From NCBI GenBank assembly GCA_040756415.1, contig JBFLYZ010000014.1:2075-66074 (forward strand): a stretch of 64,000 bases of DNA, given 5' to 3'. The position numbers and the translations under genes are program-made. How positions within the stretch are numbered: the stretch's first letter is position 1; each line of letters begins with the position of its first letter. This DNA is from Bacteroidota bacterium (lineage in GTDB: Bacteria > Bacteroidota > Bacteroidia > JADZBD01). Below, in pieces: positions 1 to 9,288 of this stretch. Below the pieces are notes generated by a model. The model worked only from the letters and a program-made list of their open reading frames with translations. It did not search any database and was not told where the DNA came from.

Positions 1-700
1 TGCCCGACAGCAATCGCGCGTGCCGGGTTAAATGCAAAAAGCGAAAATAAATCTCCAGCTAAAGTATTGGTTTGTAAGTTCCACGTAGTGCCACCGTTGC
101 TGGTATGAATAATGGTGCCTCCCGTTCCCGGGTCGGAGCCCACGGCCCAACCGTGATTCTGATCAGCAAAATCTATAGATAAGAGATCTTCACCCGTGGA
201 TGTAACCTGAGGCGCCCAGGAAGATCCGGCATTATTCGTGCGTGCTACATATCCGTTTCGGCCGCTTACCCAGCCAATCGAGCTTGTTGCAAAATCCACG
301 TCAAAAAGGCGTTCTGCAAACGAGACGGTATCCCTTACCCATGTGGCGCCACCATTGTTGGTCATAATGGAAGCGCCAGAACCGGTTGTTTGAAATTTTC
401 CAACGGCAATGAGTGCAGATGTGCTGAAAACATAGCTTGACAGTATTTGGATGCTATCTGAGCCCATGTTCTGAACATTCCAGGTAAGGCCCTGATTTGT
501 TGTTTTCTTAATAATTCCTTTCCGGAAAACAGGTCCGGATACAGAATCCCCAAAGAACCAGCCGGTACTATTGTCGCCTGCGAAGTTAATGTTGTGTAAG
601 TTGGAGAGGGTTTGCCCGTTTTCAGCCCACCATGCAGGTGACTGAGCTGAAAGTGAAGCCGTTATCGAAGCTAAAGACAAGAAAGTATAGATTCGTCTCA
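1..700 (-). CDS. Secreted BNR/Ycf48-like repeat protein (5' part; runs off window start)
   Basis: Minus-strand ATG at 698-700 followed by a signal peptide (MRRIYTFLSLASITASLSAQ). Repeated S-x-D/N-G-G-x-T-W motifs are typical of BNR/Ycf48-like propellers. The frame stays open to position 1, and it is absent from the ORF track because it runs off the window edge. Confidence 0.5.
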
Positions 701-780
701 TAACGAAGTGTTTGTTTCACCAGGAAGACGAATAGAATCAAAAAAAGGTTGGAATAGAAGGAAATTTTATCTGTTTATTG

Positions 781-2037
781 CTAATACACATACTTTAATC
801 CCAGATCAAATCCAACAGATGCATTGTAAGTGCGATTGAAGCTGCTGGGAGAAAGGGAATTTCCCTTATAGATGTTTTTAAGCCCTATATCCGCTATAAT
901 TGCGGGTGACAAAAGAAAATGCTTATTTAAAACAATATTACATACGTAGCCGAAGCGTAGCCCAAAGTCTGACTTCGAATAAGTTTCAACCAGCGCGTCA
1001 TTTCCCTTTTTCAGAAATGCGAAATTAGCACCGGCTATCAAGCCACCGCTGGTATATACATTGTTTTTAATAGCCCGGTAAGGAGCATTTCTTTTAATGG
1101 AAGCGTTAAACATCATAAAACGCAATTTTATCTGTTTTTCCGTGTAGGTCCCTTCATTATAAACATGATAGGTCTGCCCCTGCTGGGAATTAATATACCA
1201 ATTCAACTCCGTGCTTAATTGCGAACTTAAGCAATAACCAGCGGATACCCCATAGGCATGACCAAAATGTAAATTTGCCTGGTCAAGAGTTCGGGATCCC
1301 AAAGCCCTGAGAGTCGCATTATTTAATAACCACGTATTTTTAAAGGAATAAATTCCTCCCAAATAGAATCCGGTTAAAGGACCGGTTTTCTCAGTTTTCT
1401 CAAGCGGGTCAGGGGAGGTGCCCGTTACTGCAGGGATTGGGTGAAATGAAGTATCGTTGCGCTGCACAGTAATAAAGGTTATTGGCAGCGGCAGAACAGG
1501 GAATAAATCACCTGTGTATACAGAGTCACTTATTTTTTCCGGCTTTATGAGGTAGGGAATAACCTCCGGATTGTTACTTCCCGGATTGCCTTCAGAAATG
1601 GGTTTAAGCTTTGTCGTAAAGTAAGAATCATCAGATAAAACATTGGTTCCCGGGCCAAGCAAAACTCCATTTTTGTAACTGTCAACGTTTTTCTGGCGAT
1701 TATCAGTTGAAACAATACCGCCATGTTGCTCGTTGATTTTGCCCTTTTCATGAGCAATGCCATTATTACCTGAATATGAACCTTTATTCTGTGAATCATC
1801 AGATGGGAACAACAATGCGCCTGCTCCTCCTAAAACTAAAAGAAGCGCGAAAGAATACAGAATTCTCCTGGTGTTTTTTTTCCTCCTGTCAATAACAGCC
1901 AGCCTGGCATTCACGCTCACCCACACATCTTCCATGTCCAATTGATTGGAAATGCCATTCCAAACTTCATCCGGAGGAGCTTCATTCAAGCCTTCGAATC
2001 CCTTTTTATACCAATCGTTGAATTCTTCCGGTTCCAT
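781..2037 (-). CDS. Anti-sigma factor-like protein with a single TM and a C-terminal outer-membrane beta-barrel-like domain
   Basis: Its start abuts the stop of the ECF sigma gene (2037/2038). It has a short N-terminal cytoplasmic segment, one hydrophobic helix (ILYSFALLLVLGGAGALLF) and a Ser/Asn/Gly-rich linker. The C-terminus has alternating hydrophobic beta-strand patterning ending in aromatic residues (…GLKYVY). Confidence 0.5.
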   Translation of the reverse strand: MEPEEFNDWYKKGFEGLNEAPPDEVWNGISNQLDMEDVWVSVNARLAVIDRRKKNTRRILYSFALLLVLGGAGALLFPSDDSQNKGSYSGNNGIAHEKGKINEQHGGIVSTDNRQKNVDSYKNGVLLGPGTNVLSDDSYFTTKLKPISEGNPGSNNPEVIPYLIKPEKISDSVYTGDLFPVLPLPITFITVQRNDTSFHPIPAVTGTSPDPLEKTEKTGPLTGFYLGGIYSFKNTWLLNNATLRALGSRTLDQANLHFGHAYGVSAGYCLSSQLSTELNWYINSQQGQTYHVYNEGTYTEKQIKLRFMMFNASIKRNAPYRAIKNNVYTSGGLIAGANFAFLKKGNDALVETYSKSDFGLRFGYVCNIVLNKHFLLSPAIIADIGLKNIYKGNSLSPSSFNRTYNASVGFDLGLKYVY

Positions 2038-2616
2038 TTAGGCGTTCTTGAATGTTTCTGCTATCATTTTCACATTATATAATTTCCCAATCCAGTGCTG
2101 TAACAAGACCCTTGCTCTTGAGAATTGCGATTTCGATGTTCCTTTGGTAATATTCAGCATTTCAGCAATTTCATTATGGCTGTAACCCTCAACGACATAT
2201 AAATTAAAAATAATCCTCGCTCCCTCCGGCAGTTTATGAATAAGTTCAAGCAGTTCCTTTTCAAGAATTTTATCAGGTAAGGAAACCTCAAATGCTGCTG
2301 TGCTTATCTCTTCTATGTGCAGGTTGCGATGGTCGCGAATAAACACTCTGTAATGGTCAATGGCCGTATTTATAATTATTCGTCTTATCCAACCCTCCAG
2401 TGACCCTTCTCCCTTATAGTTTTTTAATGAAGTGAAAACCTTTATGAACCCTTCCTGGAGAATATCCTTTGCGGCATCGCGGTCACTGATATATCCCAGG
2501 CAAACCCCGAACATTTTTGATGCATATTTTTTATACAGCATTTCCTGGTATTTCCTGTCACCAGTAATACACTTGGATACGAGTTCCTCATCGGTCAAAA
2601 CGGAATGATCTTGCAC
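2038..2616 (-). CDS. RNA polymerase ECF-type sigma-70 factor
   Basis: A 192-aa protein with region 2 (EGFIKVFTSLKNYKGEGSLEGWIRRIIINTAIDHYR) and a region 4 helix-turn-helix (YVVEGYSHNEIAEMLNITKGTSKSQFSRARVLL). The start codon is GTG. Confidence 0.85.
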   Translation of the reverse strand: MQDHSVLTDEELVSKCITGDRKYQEMLYKKYASKMFGVCLGYISDRDAAKDILQEGFIKVFTSLKNYKGEGSLEGWIRRIIINTAIDHYRVFIRDHRNLHIEEISTAAFEVSLPDKILEKELLELIHKLPEGARIIFNLYVVEGYSHNEIAEMLNITKGTSKSQFSRARVLLQHWIGKLYNVKMIAETFKNA

Positions 2617-2638
2617 AAGGTTGCTTTATAAATTCTCT

Positions 2639-3340
2639 TTAATTAATTATAACCTGGTTGCCGTCCCTTATTCGGTCAGCAGCAAGCTGGTAAATATCCT
2701 GATTGTCGTTTTCGCTGACAATAATTGTCTGAACGCCATTTACAATAGTAATATTTGCGCTGTCCAGCATGCTCTGCGGAACAACATCGAACCAATATTT
2801 CGGATTAAAAACAATTTTCGTAGTGGAGGGCTGATCCTCTATAAGAACTATTTCATTTCCGCCTGAAGAGCTTTGCGCGGTAATTTCAAAACTTTCACCG
2901 GAATTAAACTCAAACTGAACCGCTAATGTATCATTGATTGTATTGATATACGTTCCGTAAATTACAAGATTAGGCATGCTGTTTTGCTGCTCTTCAGTCC
3001 GGACATTTAGATCTATTCTCGTATAGGTCCCCTGTGGAATATCGAAGGCTATGCCGGAAGACAGATTAATTGTACTTAGATCAATCTGGACATTCGGATC
3101 ATAGTCCTTGCTGAAATCTACGTTATTGCTTCCTTGTTTCCGCTCCCCATCAAAATCAATCCTGTCCAGAAGAATATACCCGGAGGTAAATTTTATCAAC
3201 CCGCTCCCGGAATTAGAGTTAAGTTGAAAGCCAAAAGAAACATCGGTTGGCTTCTTCCACTTTTTTTCGCATGACGCGATAAGAAAAGATAAAGCGAGCA
3301 GAAAATAAACTGGTCTACTTTTAAAGCCGCTAGAAACCAT
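2639..3340 (-). CDS. Hypothetical lipoprotein (first gene of ECF sigma operon)
   Basis: An internal ATG at 3340 gives a signal peptide plus lipobox (LLALSFLIASC). It lies 22 bp upstream of the sigma gene on the same strand and is AT-rich. Confidence 0.45.
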   Translation of the reverse strand: MVSSGFKSRPVYFLLALSFLIASCEKKWKKPTDVSFGFQLNSNSGSGLIKFTSGYILLDRIDFDGERKQGSNNVDFSKDYDPNVQIDLSTINLSSGIAFDIPQGTYTRIDLNVRTEEQQNSMPNLVIYGTYINTINDTLAVQFEFNSGESFEITAQSSSGGNEIVLIEDQPSTTKIVFNPKYWFDVVPQSMLDSANITIVNGVQTIIVSENDNQDIYQLAADRIRDGNQVIIN

Positions 3341-3656
3341 GGTATTTGTTTTATTCAAATATACGGTGATATATATATAAGACGAAATTACTGACAAAAG
3401 GGTTGGAATTATATGTAGTATTGTGAAAATCAATTAGTTGTGTTGATTCTCTTATACGCTGGCTGGTTGTTGATTATACTAAAATCCTATAAGGGGAGTT
3501 CAGGGTTCTCTATCAATCCAAAGCCGGGTTATTGGTAAGGGCTAAGACAGAATAGCCACATTAGGTCTTTAATTATGGCCATATTGTCATGAAAACCGGG
3601 GCGGCAAGCATTGGTTTCTAAATTGCGTAACTTTACGCATACTAAAAAACCAACAC

Positions 3657-4265
3657 ATGAACAGAGGTACAATTGTCCTTTTAGTTATAGGTTTATTTAT
3701 TGCTCTCGTAGGCTTCAATGCCTGCAACGCCTATAATAACATGAACAAAATGGAAAAAGCCGTTGGAGCCCAGTGGACCCAGGTCGAGAACGCCTACCAG
3801 CGCAGGAATGACCTGATCCCTAACCTGGTGGCAACGGTGAAGAACTATGCCGATTTTGAGCGATCAACGCTGGAGGCCGTTGTGAACGCCCGTTCCAAGG
3901 CCACGCAGGTAACAATAGACCCCACCAAGCTGGATGCACAATCGCTGCAGAAGTTCCAGCAGGTGCAGGGCGAGGTGAGCTCCACCCTGGGCAGGCTGCT
4001 GGCCGTTGCCGAGAATTATCCTGATCTCAAAGCAAACCAGAACTTTCTCAATCTCCAGACCCAGCTCGAGGGCACCGAAAACCGCATTACGAACGAACGC
4101 AGGGTGTTCATTGAAATGACCCGTGATTACAATACCAGCATTACTATGTTCCCGCGCAGGATATGGGCCGGACTTTTCGGCTTCAAAGAAAAGCCCTCGT
4201 TCGAAATGACCGAAGGGGCCGACAAGACCCCGGATGTGGATTCCCTCTTCAACAAGGGTAAGTAA
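3657..4265 (+). CDS. lemA: LemA family protein
   Basis: N-terminal TM followed by the conserved LemA core (NAYNNMNKMEKAVGAQWTQVENAYQRRNDLIPNLV…). Confidence 0.9.
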   Translation: MNRGTIVLLVIGLFIALVGFNACNAYNNMNKMEKAVGAQWTQVENAYQRRNDLIPNLVATVKNYADFERSTLEAVVNARSKATQVTIDPTKLDAQSLQKFQQVQGEVSSTLGRLLAVAENYPDLKANQNFLNLQTQLEGTENRITNERRVFIEMTRDYNTSITMFPRRIWAGLFGFKEKPSFEMTEGADKTPDVDSLFNKGK

Positions 4266-4696
4266 TGACGGCAAAGGACTTTTTCAGCGAGGAGGAAAAG
4301 GCGGCTATACGTATGAGCATTGCCGCTGCCGAGCTGCACACCTCGGGCGAGATTCGTGTGCACGTAGAGGACAATGGCGGAACGGACGTGGTGAAGAAGG
4401 CCAAAAAAGTATTCGACCGGGAGGGTATGCACAAGACCAAGGACAGGAACGGAGTGCTTTTTTTCATAGGAGCCAAAGACCACACCTTTGCGATTTACGG
4501 TGACAAGGGCATACACGAGCGCGTGCACCAGGAGTTCTGGGATGGGATAAAGGACGAGCTGATGGGTTACTTCGCGGACAAGAAGTTCGCCCAGGGGCTT
4601 TGTGTCGCGGTAGAGAAAACGGGAGAAAAGCTCAAAGAGTTTTTCCCAAGGGAAAAGTCGGATAAAGACGAGCTGAGCAACGAGATCAGCTATTGA
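4265..4696 (+). CDS. TPM-domain (TLP18.3/Psb32/MOLO-1 phosphatase-like) protein, cytoplasmic short form
   Basis: The start overlaps the lemA stop (taATGa). It has a TPM-like core (RVHVEDNGGTDVVKKA… GVLFFIGAKDHTFAIYGDKG) and sits in the classic LemA-TPM neighbourhood. Confidence 0.65.
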   Translation: MTAKDFFSEEEKAAIRMSIAAAELHTSGEIRVHVEDNGGTDVVKKAKKVFDREGMHKTKDRNGVLFFIGAKDHTFAIYGDKGIHERVHQEFWDGIKDELMGYFADKKFAQGLCVAVEKTGEKLKEFFPREKSDKDELSNEISY

Positions 4697-4697
4697 T

Positions 4698-5456
4698 ATG
4701 AGAACAATTGCTTTCTTCCTGTCTTGCCTGTTTGCGCTGCCAGCGTACTCCCAGGATCCGTTCCTACCCGAAAAGCCGGGCCCGCCACGTCTTTACAACA
4801 ACCTTTCGAAAGAGTTTCCCCAATTGCTTTCATCAGCGGAGGCCGGCATATTAGAAGAGAAATTGATAAGCATAGCCGAGGAGACATCCAACCAGGTGGC
4901 CGTGGTAATAGTGGATGATTTCGGGGGCAGCGATGCGAATGATTTTGGCACCCGCCTTTTCAACAAATGGGGAATAGGTAAGGATAATAAAGATAACGGG
5001 GTGCTTATCCTGGTCAAGCCCACCGAGCGGGACGGGGGACGGGAAGTGTTTATTGTAACCGGCTACGGCCTGGAGTCCGTACTGCCCGATATTACCTGTA
5101 AGAAGATCATCGAGCGTGACATGCTGCCGCACTTCCGCAATGGAGACTATTCCAAAGGCCTGCTCACGGGCGTTGATGTGATCTATGGCTTCATCAAGGG
5201 CGAGATCAGTGAAAAGGACTATAGCGCCAGGGACAGGGGAGGCAAGATACCCTGGAAATATGTTGTCATCGCCATCATCCTTTTCATCATCATCAGCCGC
5301 ATAGGCCGCGGTTTTGGCGGGGGCTATACCATCGGTCGCGGGGGCTATTACCGTGGCGGGTTTGGCGGTTTCGGAGGCTTTGGAGGAGGAGGAGGCGGAT
5401 TCGGTGGCTTCGGAGGCGGCAGCTCGGGCGGTGGAGGAGCGGGAGGCAGGTGGTGA
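4698..5456 (+). CDS. TPM-domain protein (YgcG-like) with signal peptide, TM helix and Gly-rich C-terminal tail
   Basis: Signal peptide MRTIAFFLSCLFALPAYSQ, a TPM core (VAVVIVDDFGGSD…GVLILVKPTER…), a TM helix (VVIAIILFIIISRI), then a GGFGGFGGFGGGGGGFGG tail. Confidence 0.8.
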   Translation: MRTIAFFLSCLFALPAYSQDPFLPEKPGPPRLYNNLSKEFPQLLSSAEAGILEEKLISIAEETSNQVAVVIVDDFGGSDANDFGTRLFNKWGIGKDNKDNGVLILVKPTERDGGREVFIVTGYGLESVLPDITCKKIIERDMLPHFRNGDYSKGLLTGVDVIYGFIKGEISEKDYSARDRGGKIPWKYVVIAIILFIIISRIGRGFGGGYTIGRGGYYRGGFGGFGGFGGGGGGFGGFGGGSSGGGGAGGRW

Positions 5457-5476
5457 GCCCGCCTTTCCGTCCGCGA

Positions 5477-8047
5477 TCAATTGTTTACTATCAGTTTTCT
5501 TGTGATCTTTATTTCGCCCTGGCGGAGCGATACAAAATATACCCCATCCGCAAGTAAGGAACAGTCGACCGGGATGCTGTTTCTTCCCGCTTCCGTCTTT
5601 ATTGTTTTCATGCTTACCTGCCTGCCATCGGCCGAGTAAATACTTATCGTGGCGGCCTTGCCCTTCACCGCGTCAAAGCTTAGCGTAAAATTCTCCCTGG
5701 CCGGGTTGGGATAAACGCTCAGGCTGTTCTCCAACTGCTGCTCTTCCAGCCCTGAAACGGGCGAGGTGATCTTAAAGTCCCATATGCCCCTACCATAGGT
5801 CGCAAACCGCACCGTGTTGGATGAAGGCACATATTCCACGCTCCAGTAGGTTTGATCGGGCGCGCCCAGGCCCTGCATATCGTACCAGGTGTTCTCTGCC
5901 GCCACGTATACGTAAGGGCCTACTTCGGTTGCCGCAAAAATGAGGCTGTCGTTATAATTGCCCGTCAGTTGGAACACATGCGTATTAGGCAGGCCGGTAT
6001 TGATAGCCGTAAAGTTCTGGCCATGGTTGACGCTTCGGTAAACGGGCGAATTGGAATACCCGCTTCCGCCCACGTACACAAGACCCAGGGTGCTCTGGGA
6101 AGGATAGATCGTGGCTCCATAGAGGTAGTTCGCTCCCAGCCCGGTGACCGTGCTCATCGCCCAGGTTACACCGTAATCACTGCTGCGGAAAAAGCGGCCG
6201 TTATCGGTAAGCACGTACCAGTACATGTCGTTGATAGGCGAGGAGGCGATGGCAGATATCTTCCCTCCTCCCGAGGCCGACTGGAAATTGAAAGGCATCT
6301 CGTAAGGCGTGATCACGCCTGCGTTCTCTACCAGTTGTATGATCTTCGATCCGGTGCTGTTCAGGTTGCCGCCAGCAAGGTAGCATACGTTGTTCACCTG
6401 GCGGTCGACCATGATGGGCGGTATCCAGAAGGGAATACTGGAATTGAAATTCCAGGTGGCGGTGGATGTGCCGGTCATTCCATTGGCGTAATAATCGGCA
6501 AAGCCCGGGTAGTTCATCCAGATGCTGTTGCCTCCGTCAGATGAGGAGATATGGCCGTAGTCACCGCTGATCACCTGATCGAATCCCAGCCCGGTCCCCG
6601 AATCGGTCTGGCAGCGCTGAAAACCCTGGTCCTGCGAGCCCGCGTAAATGTAATTGGCATCGTTCTTATTAGTATAAACCGAATAGTACTGGCTTACGTT
6701 GAGCCCGTTCAGCGAAATGTTCTGAACGGTTTGCAGATTATTATAGGATGTATACAATCCGCCATCCGTTCCGATGAACAGGAACTCGTTCCCCTGCGCG
6801 TCAAGCAGCGAAGTAATGGAAGGCAGGTCGGCATGCAGGCGGTTGGGCACATTATTGTAATATTCCCACCAGTTGCTCACCGTGGTCCAGTTGTTCCCCC
6901 CGTCCGTACTGTAATGGCACTCGATGTCGCCAAAGTAGAGATTGTTGGGATCGGTGACCGAGCAACTAAAGCTGGTGGCGCCAAAGGGGCTCATGCCCAG
7001 CGCCACGGGGTTGTTCCAGCTCAGCCCGCCATCAACCGATTTATAAATGACCTGGTCTACGTACGCGTACAATACAAAATCGGCCGTATCGCGGTACCCG
7101 CATAGCAGGGTATATCCGCTGGAGGTAAGGGGCAGGTTGGAGATAAAGGAGATGGAATCGCTGACCCTGCCGATGTTAAAAAGCGAATCGTTCTGTACGA
7201 ATGAAGGGTCAAAGGTCCCGTAACGGGGAGCCCAGATGTCGAAGAGGTCGGCATCGCCAAAAGAAGGCTCGTCATAGGCGGCAATGCGGCTAAAGCTGGC
7301 GCCCTTATCGGTCGATTTGTAAACAGAAGTAATGCCCCACCAGTTGTTGTAATCCCATTCGTATGCCAGCACGTACATGGTACGGAGCGAATCATCCAGG
7401 ATGATCCCCCGCTTGATATAGCCCCATGAAGCGAGATTGCTCAGTCCGGTTCCCGCCAGCCAGGTGATGCCGTCATCATCGGAATAATATACGTACCTGC
7501 CGCCCGCGGTGATGATGCGGGTGCCGCTTCCGTTCGGGATCACGCGTATCATTTTGATGTCGAACTTCAGCTTGTCGTTCAGCACAGCCCAGTTGCTGCC
7601 GTTCATGTCTCCTTTCCACACATTTCCCCCGTCACTGCCGCAATACACCGCCCCGGTGGCGGTATCCAGGTCGGCCACCCAGATGCGCCCCGCGCAGTTC
7701 ACGCTGCCGCGCTCTTTCCACTCGCCAACCAGGTTGCCGTTGGCCAGGGTCTCCTGCGAGCATACCAGGGGAATGTGCCTGCTCCGGTACCGCTCAGCGT
7801 ACTTCTGCTGCCGTGTTTCGGCATCCATCTTTCTCCAATCCGTGCCAGGCGCGCACTTGTGCATGTACTCGTACCATTGCTCGAAGCGGTCGCGTTCCTC
7901 CTGCTCGTCCCCGCGTTCTTTTTCGCGCACCTGGGTATGGCCCGGCACGGGAAAATATTCTTTTCCGGCTTCAGGCTGCTCCCTGACCATCCACCCGATC
8001 GCGGTTACGAGGGCCAGGCAACCTATATAGAATAGCTTTTGATTCAT
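5477..8047 (-). CDS. BNR/sialidase-like repeat protein secreted by T9SS (C-terminal sorting domain)
   Basis: Signal peptide and multiple BNR-like motifs (STDGGNNWT, SVDGGLSWN, SSDYGVTWA, STDKGASF, SDDDGITW). It ends in a T9SS CTD (LSVYPNPARENFTLSF…GVYFVSLRQGEIKITRKLIVNN). Confidence 0.7.
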   Translation of the reverse strand: MNQKLFYIGCLALVTAIGWMVREQPEAGKEYFPVPGHTQVREKERGDEQEERDRFEQWYEYMHKCAPGTDWRKMDAETRQQKYAERYRSRHIPLVCSQETLANGNLVGEWKERGSVNCAGRIWVADLDTATGAVYCGSDGGNVWKGDMNGSNWAVLNDKLKFDIKMIRVIPNGSGTRIITAGGRYVYYSDDDGITWLAGTGLSNLASWGYIKRGIILDDSLRTMYVLAYEWDYNNWWGITSVYKSTDKGASFSRIAAYDEPSFGDADLFDIWAPRYGTFDPSFVQNDSLFNIGRVSDSISFISNLPLTSSGYTLLCGYRDTADFVLYAYVDQVIYKSVDGGLSWNNPVALGMSPFGATSFSCSVTDPNNLYFGDIECHYSTDGGNNWTTVSNWWEYYNNVPNRLHADLPSITSLLDAQGNEFLFIGTDGGLYTSYNNLQTVQNISLNGLNVSQYYSVYTNKNDANYIYAGSQDQGFQRCQTDSGTGLGFDQVISGDYGHISSSDGGNSIWMNYPGFADYYANGMTGTSTATWNFNSSIPFWIPPIMVDRQVNNVCYLAGGNLNSTGSKIIQLVENAGVITPYEMPFNFQSASGGGKISAIASSPINDMYWYVLTDNGRFFRSSDYGVTWAMSTVTGLGANYLYGATIYPSQSTLGLVYVGGSGYSNSPVYRSVNHGQNFTAINTGLPNTHVFQLTGNYNDSLIFAATEVGPYVYVAAENTWYDMQGLGAPDQTYWSVEYVPSSNTVRFATYGRGIWDFKITSPVSGLEEQQLENSLSVYPNPARENFTLSFDAVKGKAATISIYSADGRQVSMKTIKTEAGRNSIPVDCSLLADGVYFVSLRQGEIKITRKLIVNN

Positions 8048-8055
8048 GGCAGGGC

Positions 8056-8400
8056 TTACTTGTTCTTAACCGGTACGGCATCATAGATGCTGCTGCCGTT
8101 AACGGCCTGTATGTTCACCGGGATGCCGTTATAGCTTACCGAAGAGCCGCTCACTTCTTTGATGTTTACGGGCAGGTTGCCGTAGAAGCTGCTGCCGCCC
8201 ACTTCTTTGAGATTGACAGGCAAAGCCCCATAAACAGAGCTACCGCCTATCTTCTGTATGTTCACGTTGATCTCGTCAGCCACCATCTTTTTGTCGGCCG
8301 CATGGGCCGGGCGTACCAGGCTCATGTTCTGCACGGCAATAACGGAAAGAGCGATAGCGATAATGGTCAGCACCACTTTGGTATAAATGTCGGTTTTCAT
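8056..8400 (-). CDS. Small membrane-anchored protein built from ~4 tandem 15-aa repeats (GGSSxYGxLPVNxKEV)
   Basis: Start at MKTDIYTKVVLTIIAIALSVIAV (TM anchor). The repeats are encoded by degenerate 45-bp tandem DNA repeats between about 8075 and 8265. Confidence 0.45.
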   Translation of the reverse strand: MKTDIYTKVVLTIIAIALSVIAVQNMSLVRPAHAADKKMVADEINVNIQKIGGSSVYGALPVNLKEVGGSSFYGNLPVNIKEVSGSSVSYNGIPVNIQAVNGSSIYDAVPVKNK

Positions 8401-8447
8401 GTTCCGGATATGTTGGTTAAACTTATTTTTGCAGGACAACCAAAGAT

Positions 8448-9182
8448 ATGGCAAAATTCGGAAAGTGGATAGGCGCCACACTGGGATGGGCCACCGGTGG
8501 GCCCATCGGAGCGCTGATCGGCTTCGCTATCGGGTCGGTATTCGATAACGCGGAGGTGACCGTGCAGCATGGGGCGGGAGGGACAGGCTCCCGCCAGACC
8601 ACAGCGGCCGATTTCAGCGCGGCACTGCTGGTGTTGTCGGCCGCCATCATGAAGGCCGATGGAAAGGTGCTGCGCTCGGAGCTGGACTATGTAAAGCGTT
8701 TTTTCGCCCAGCAGTTCGGTGAGCGTCATGCCCAGGAGCAGATGCTGATGCTGCGCGAGCTGGTGAAGAAGGACATTCCTTTGCAGGAGGTATGCCACCA
8801 GATCAGGCAGCACATGAACCTCTCGGTGCGCCTGCAATTGCTCCATTACCTGTTCGGGATCGCGAAAGCTGACGGGCATGTGCATAAGCAGGAGGCGCAG
8901 ATGATCGAGCAGATCGCGGGTTTCATGCATATCTCCTCGGCCGACTTCCACTCGATCAGGGCCATGTATTTCCGGGATACCCATAGCGATTACGAGATCC
9001 TGGAGATCACGCCCCAGGCTACCGATGAGGAGGTCAAGAAAGCGTACCGCAAAATGGCGGTGAAGTTCCATCCCGATAAAGTGAGCAGCCTGGGCGAGGA
9101 GATACAAAAGGCCGCAAAAGAAAAATTCCAGAAGGTGCAGGAGGCCTACGAGAACATCAAGAAGGAAAGGGGCATGGCCTGA
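8448..9182 (+). CDS. djlA: DjlA-like co-chaperone (TM + TerB-like domain + C-terminal J domain)
   Basis: N-terminal TM ([22 protein letters not shown]), a central TerB-like region, and a C-terminal J domain ([31 protein letters not shown]). Confidence 0.7.
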   Translation: MAKFGKWIGATLGWATGGPIGALIGFAIGSVFDNAEVTVQHGAGGTGSRQTTAADFSAALLVLSAAIMKADGKVLRSELDYVKRFFAQQFGERHAQEQMLMLRELVKKDIPLQEVCHQIRQHMNLSVRLQLLHYLFGIAKADGHVHKQEAQMIEQIAGFMHISSADFHSIRAMYFRDTHSDYEILEITPQATDEEVKKAYRKMAVKFHPDKVSSLGEEIQKAAKEKFQKVQEAYENIKKERGMA

Positions 9183-9288
9183 GCTCCGCCAGCGGTTTTT
9201 CTGCTCCCCCTCCCTGGCGTGGTAGCCCATTTACCGTTATCTTTGCCAGCCCGAATCGTACCCCTTCCGGTACTGGCGGGCAGGCTTT

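Noticed and set aside
362-553. 63-aa ORF, and other small ORFs nested in larger genes (1545..1799, 1757..1945, 2621..2866, 3864..4274, 4127..4528).
   Set aside because: They lie out of frame inside better-supported coding regions.
5290-5456. GGC/GGA-rich low-complexity DNA as an independent repeat element.
   Set aside because: It is in frame and encodes the Gly-rich tail of the YgcG-like TPM protein.
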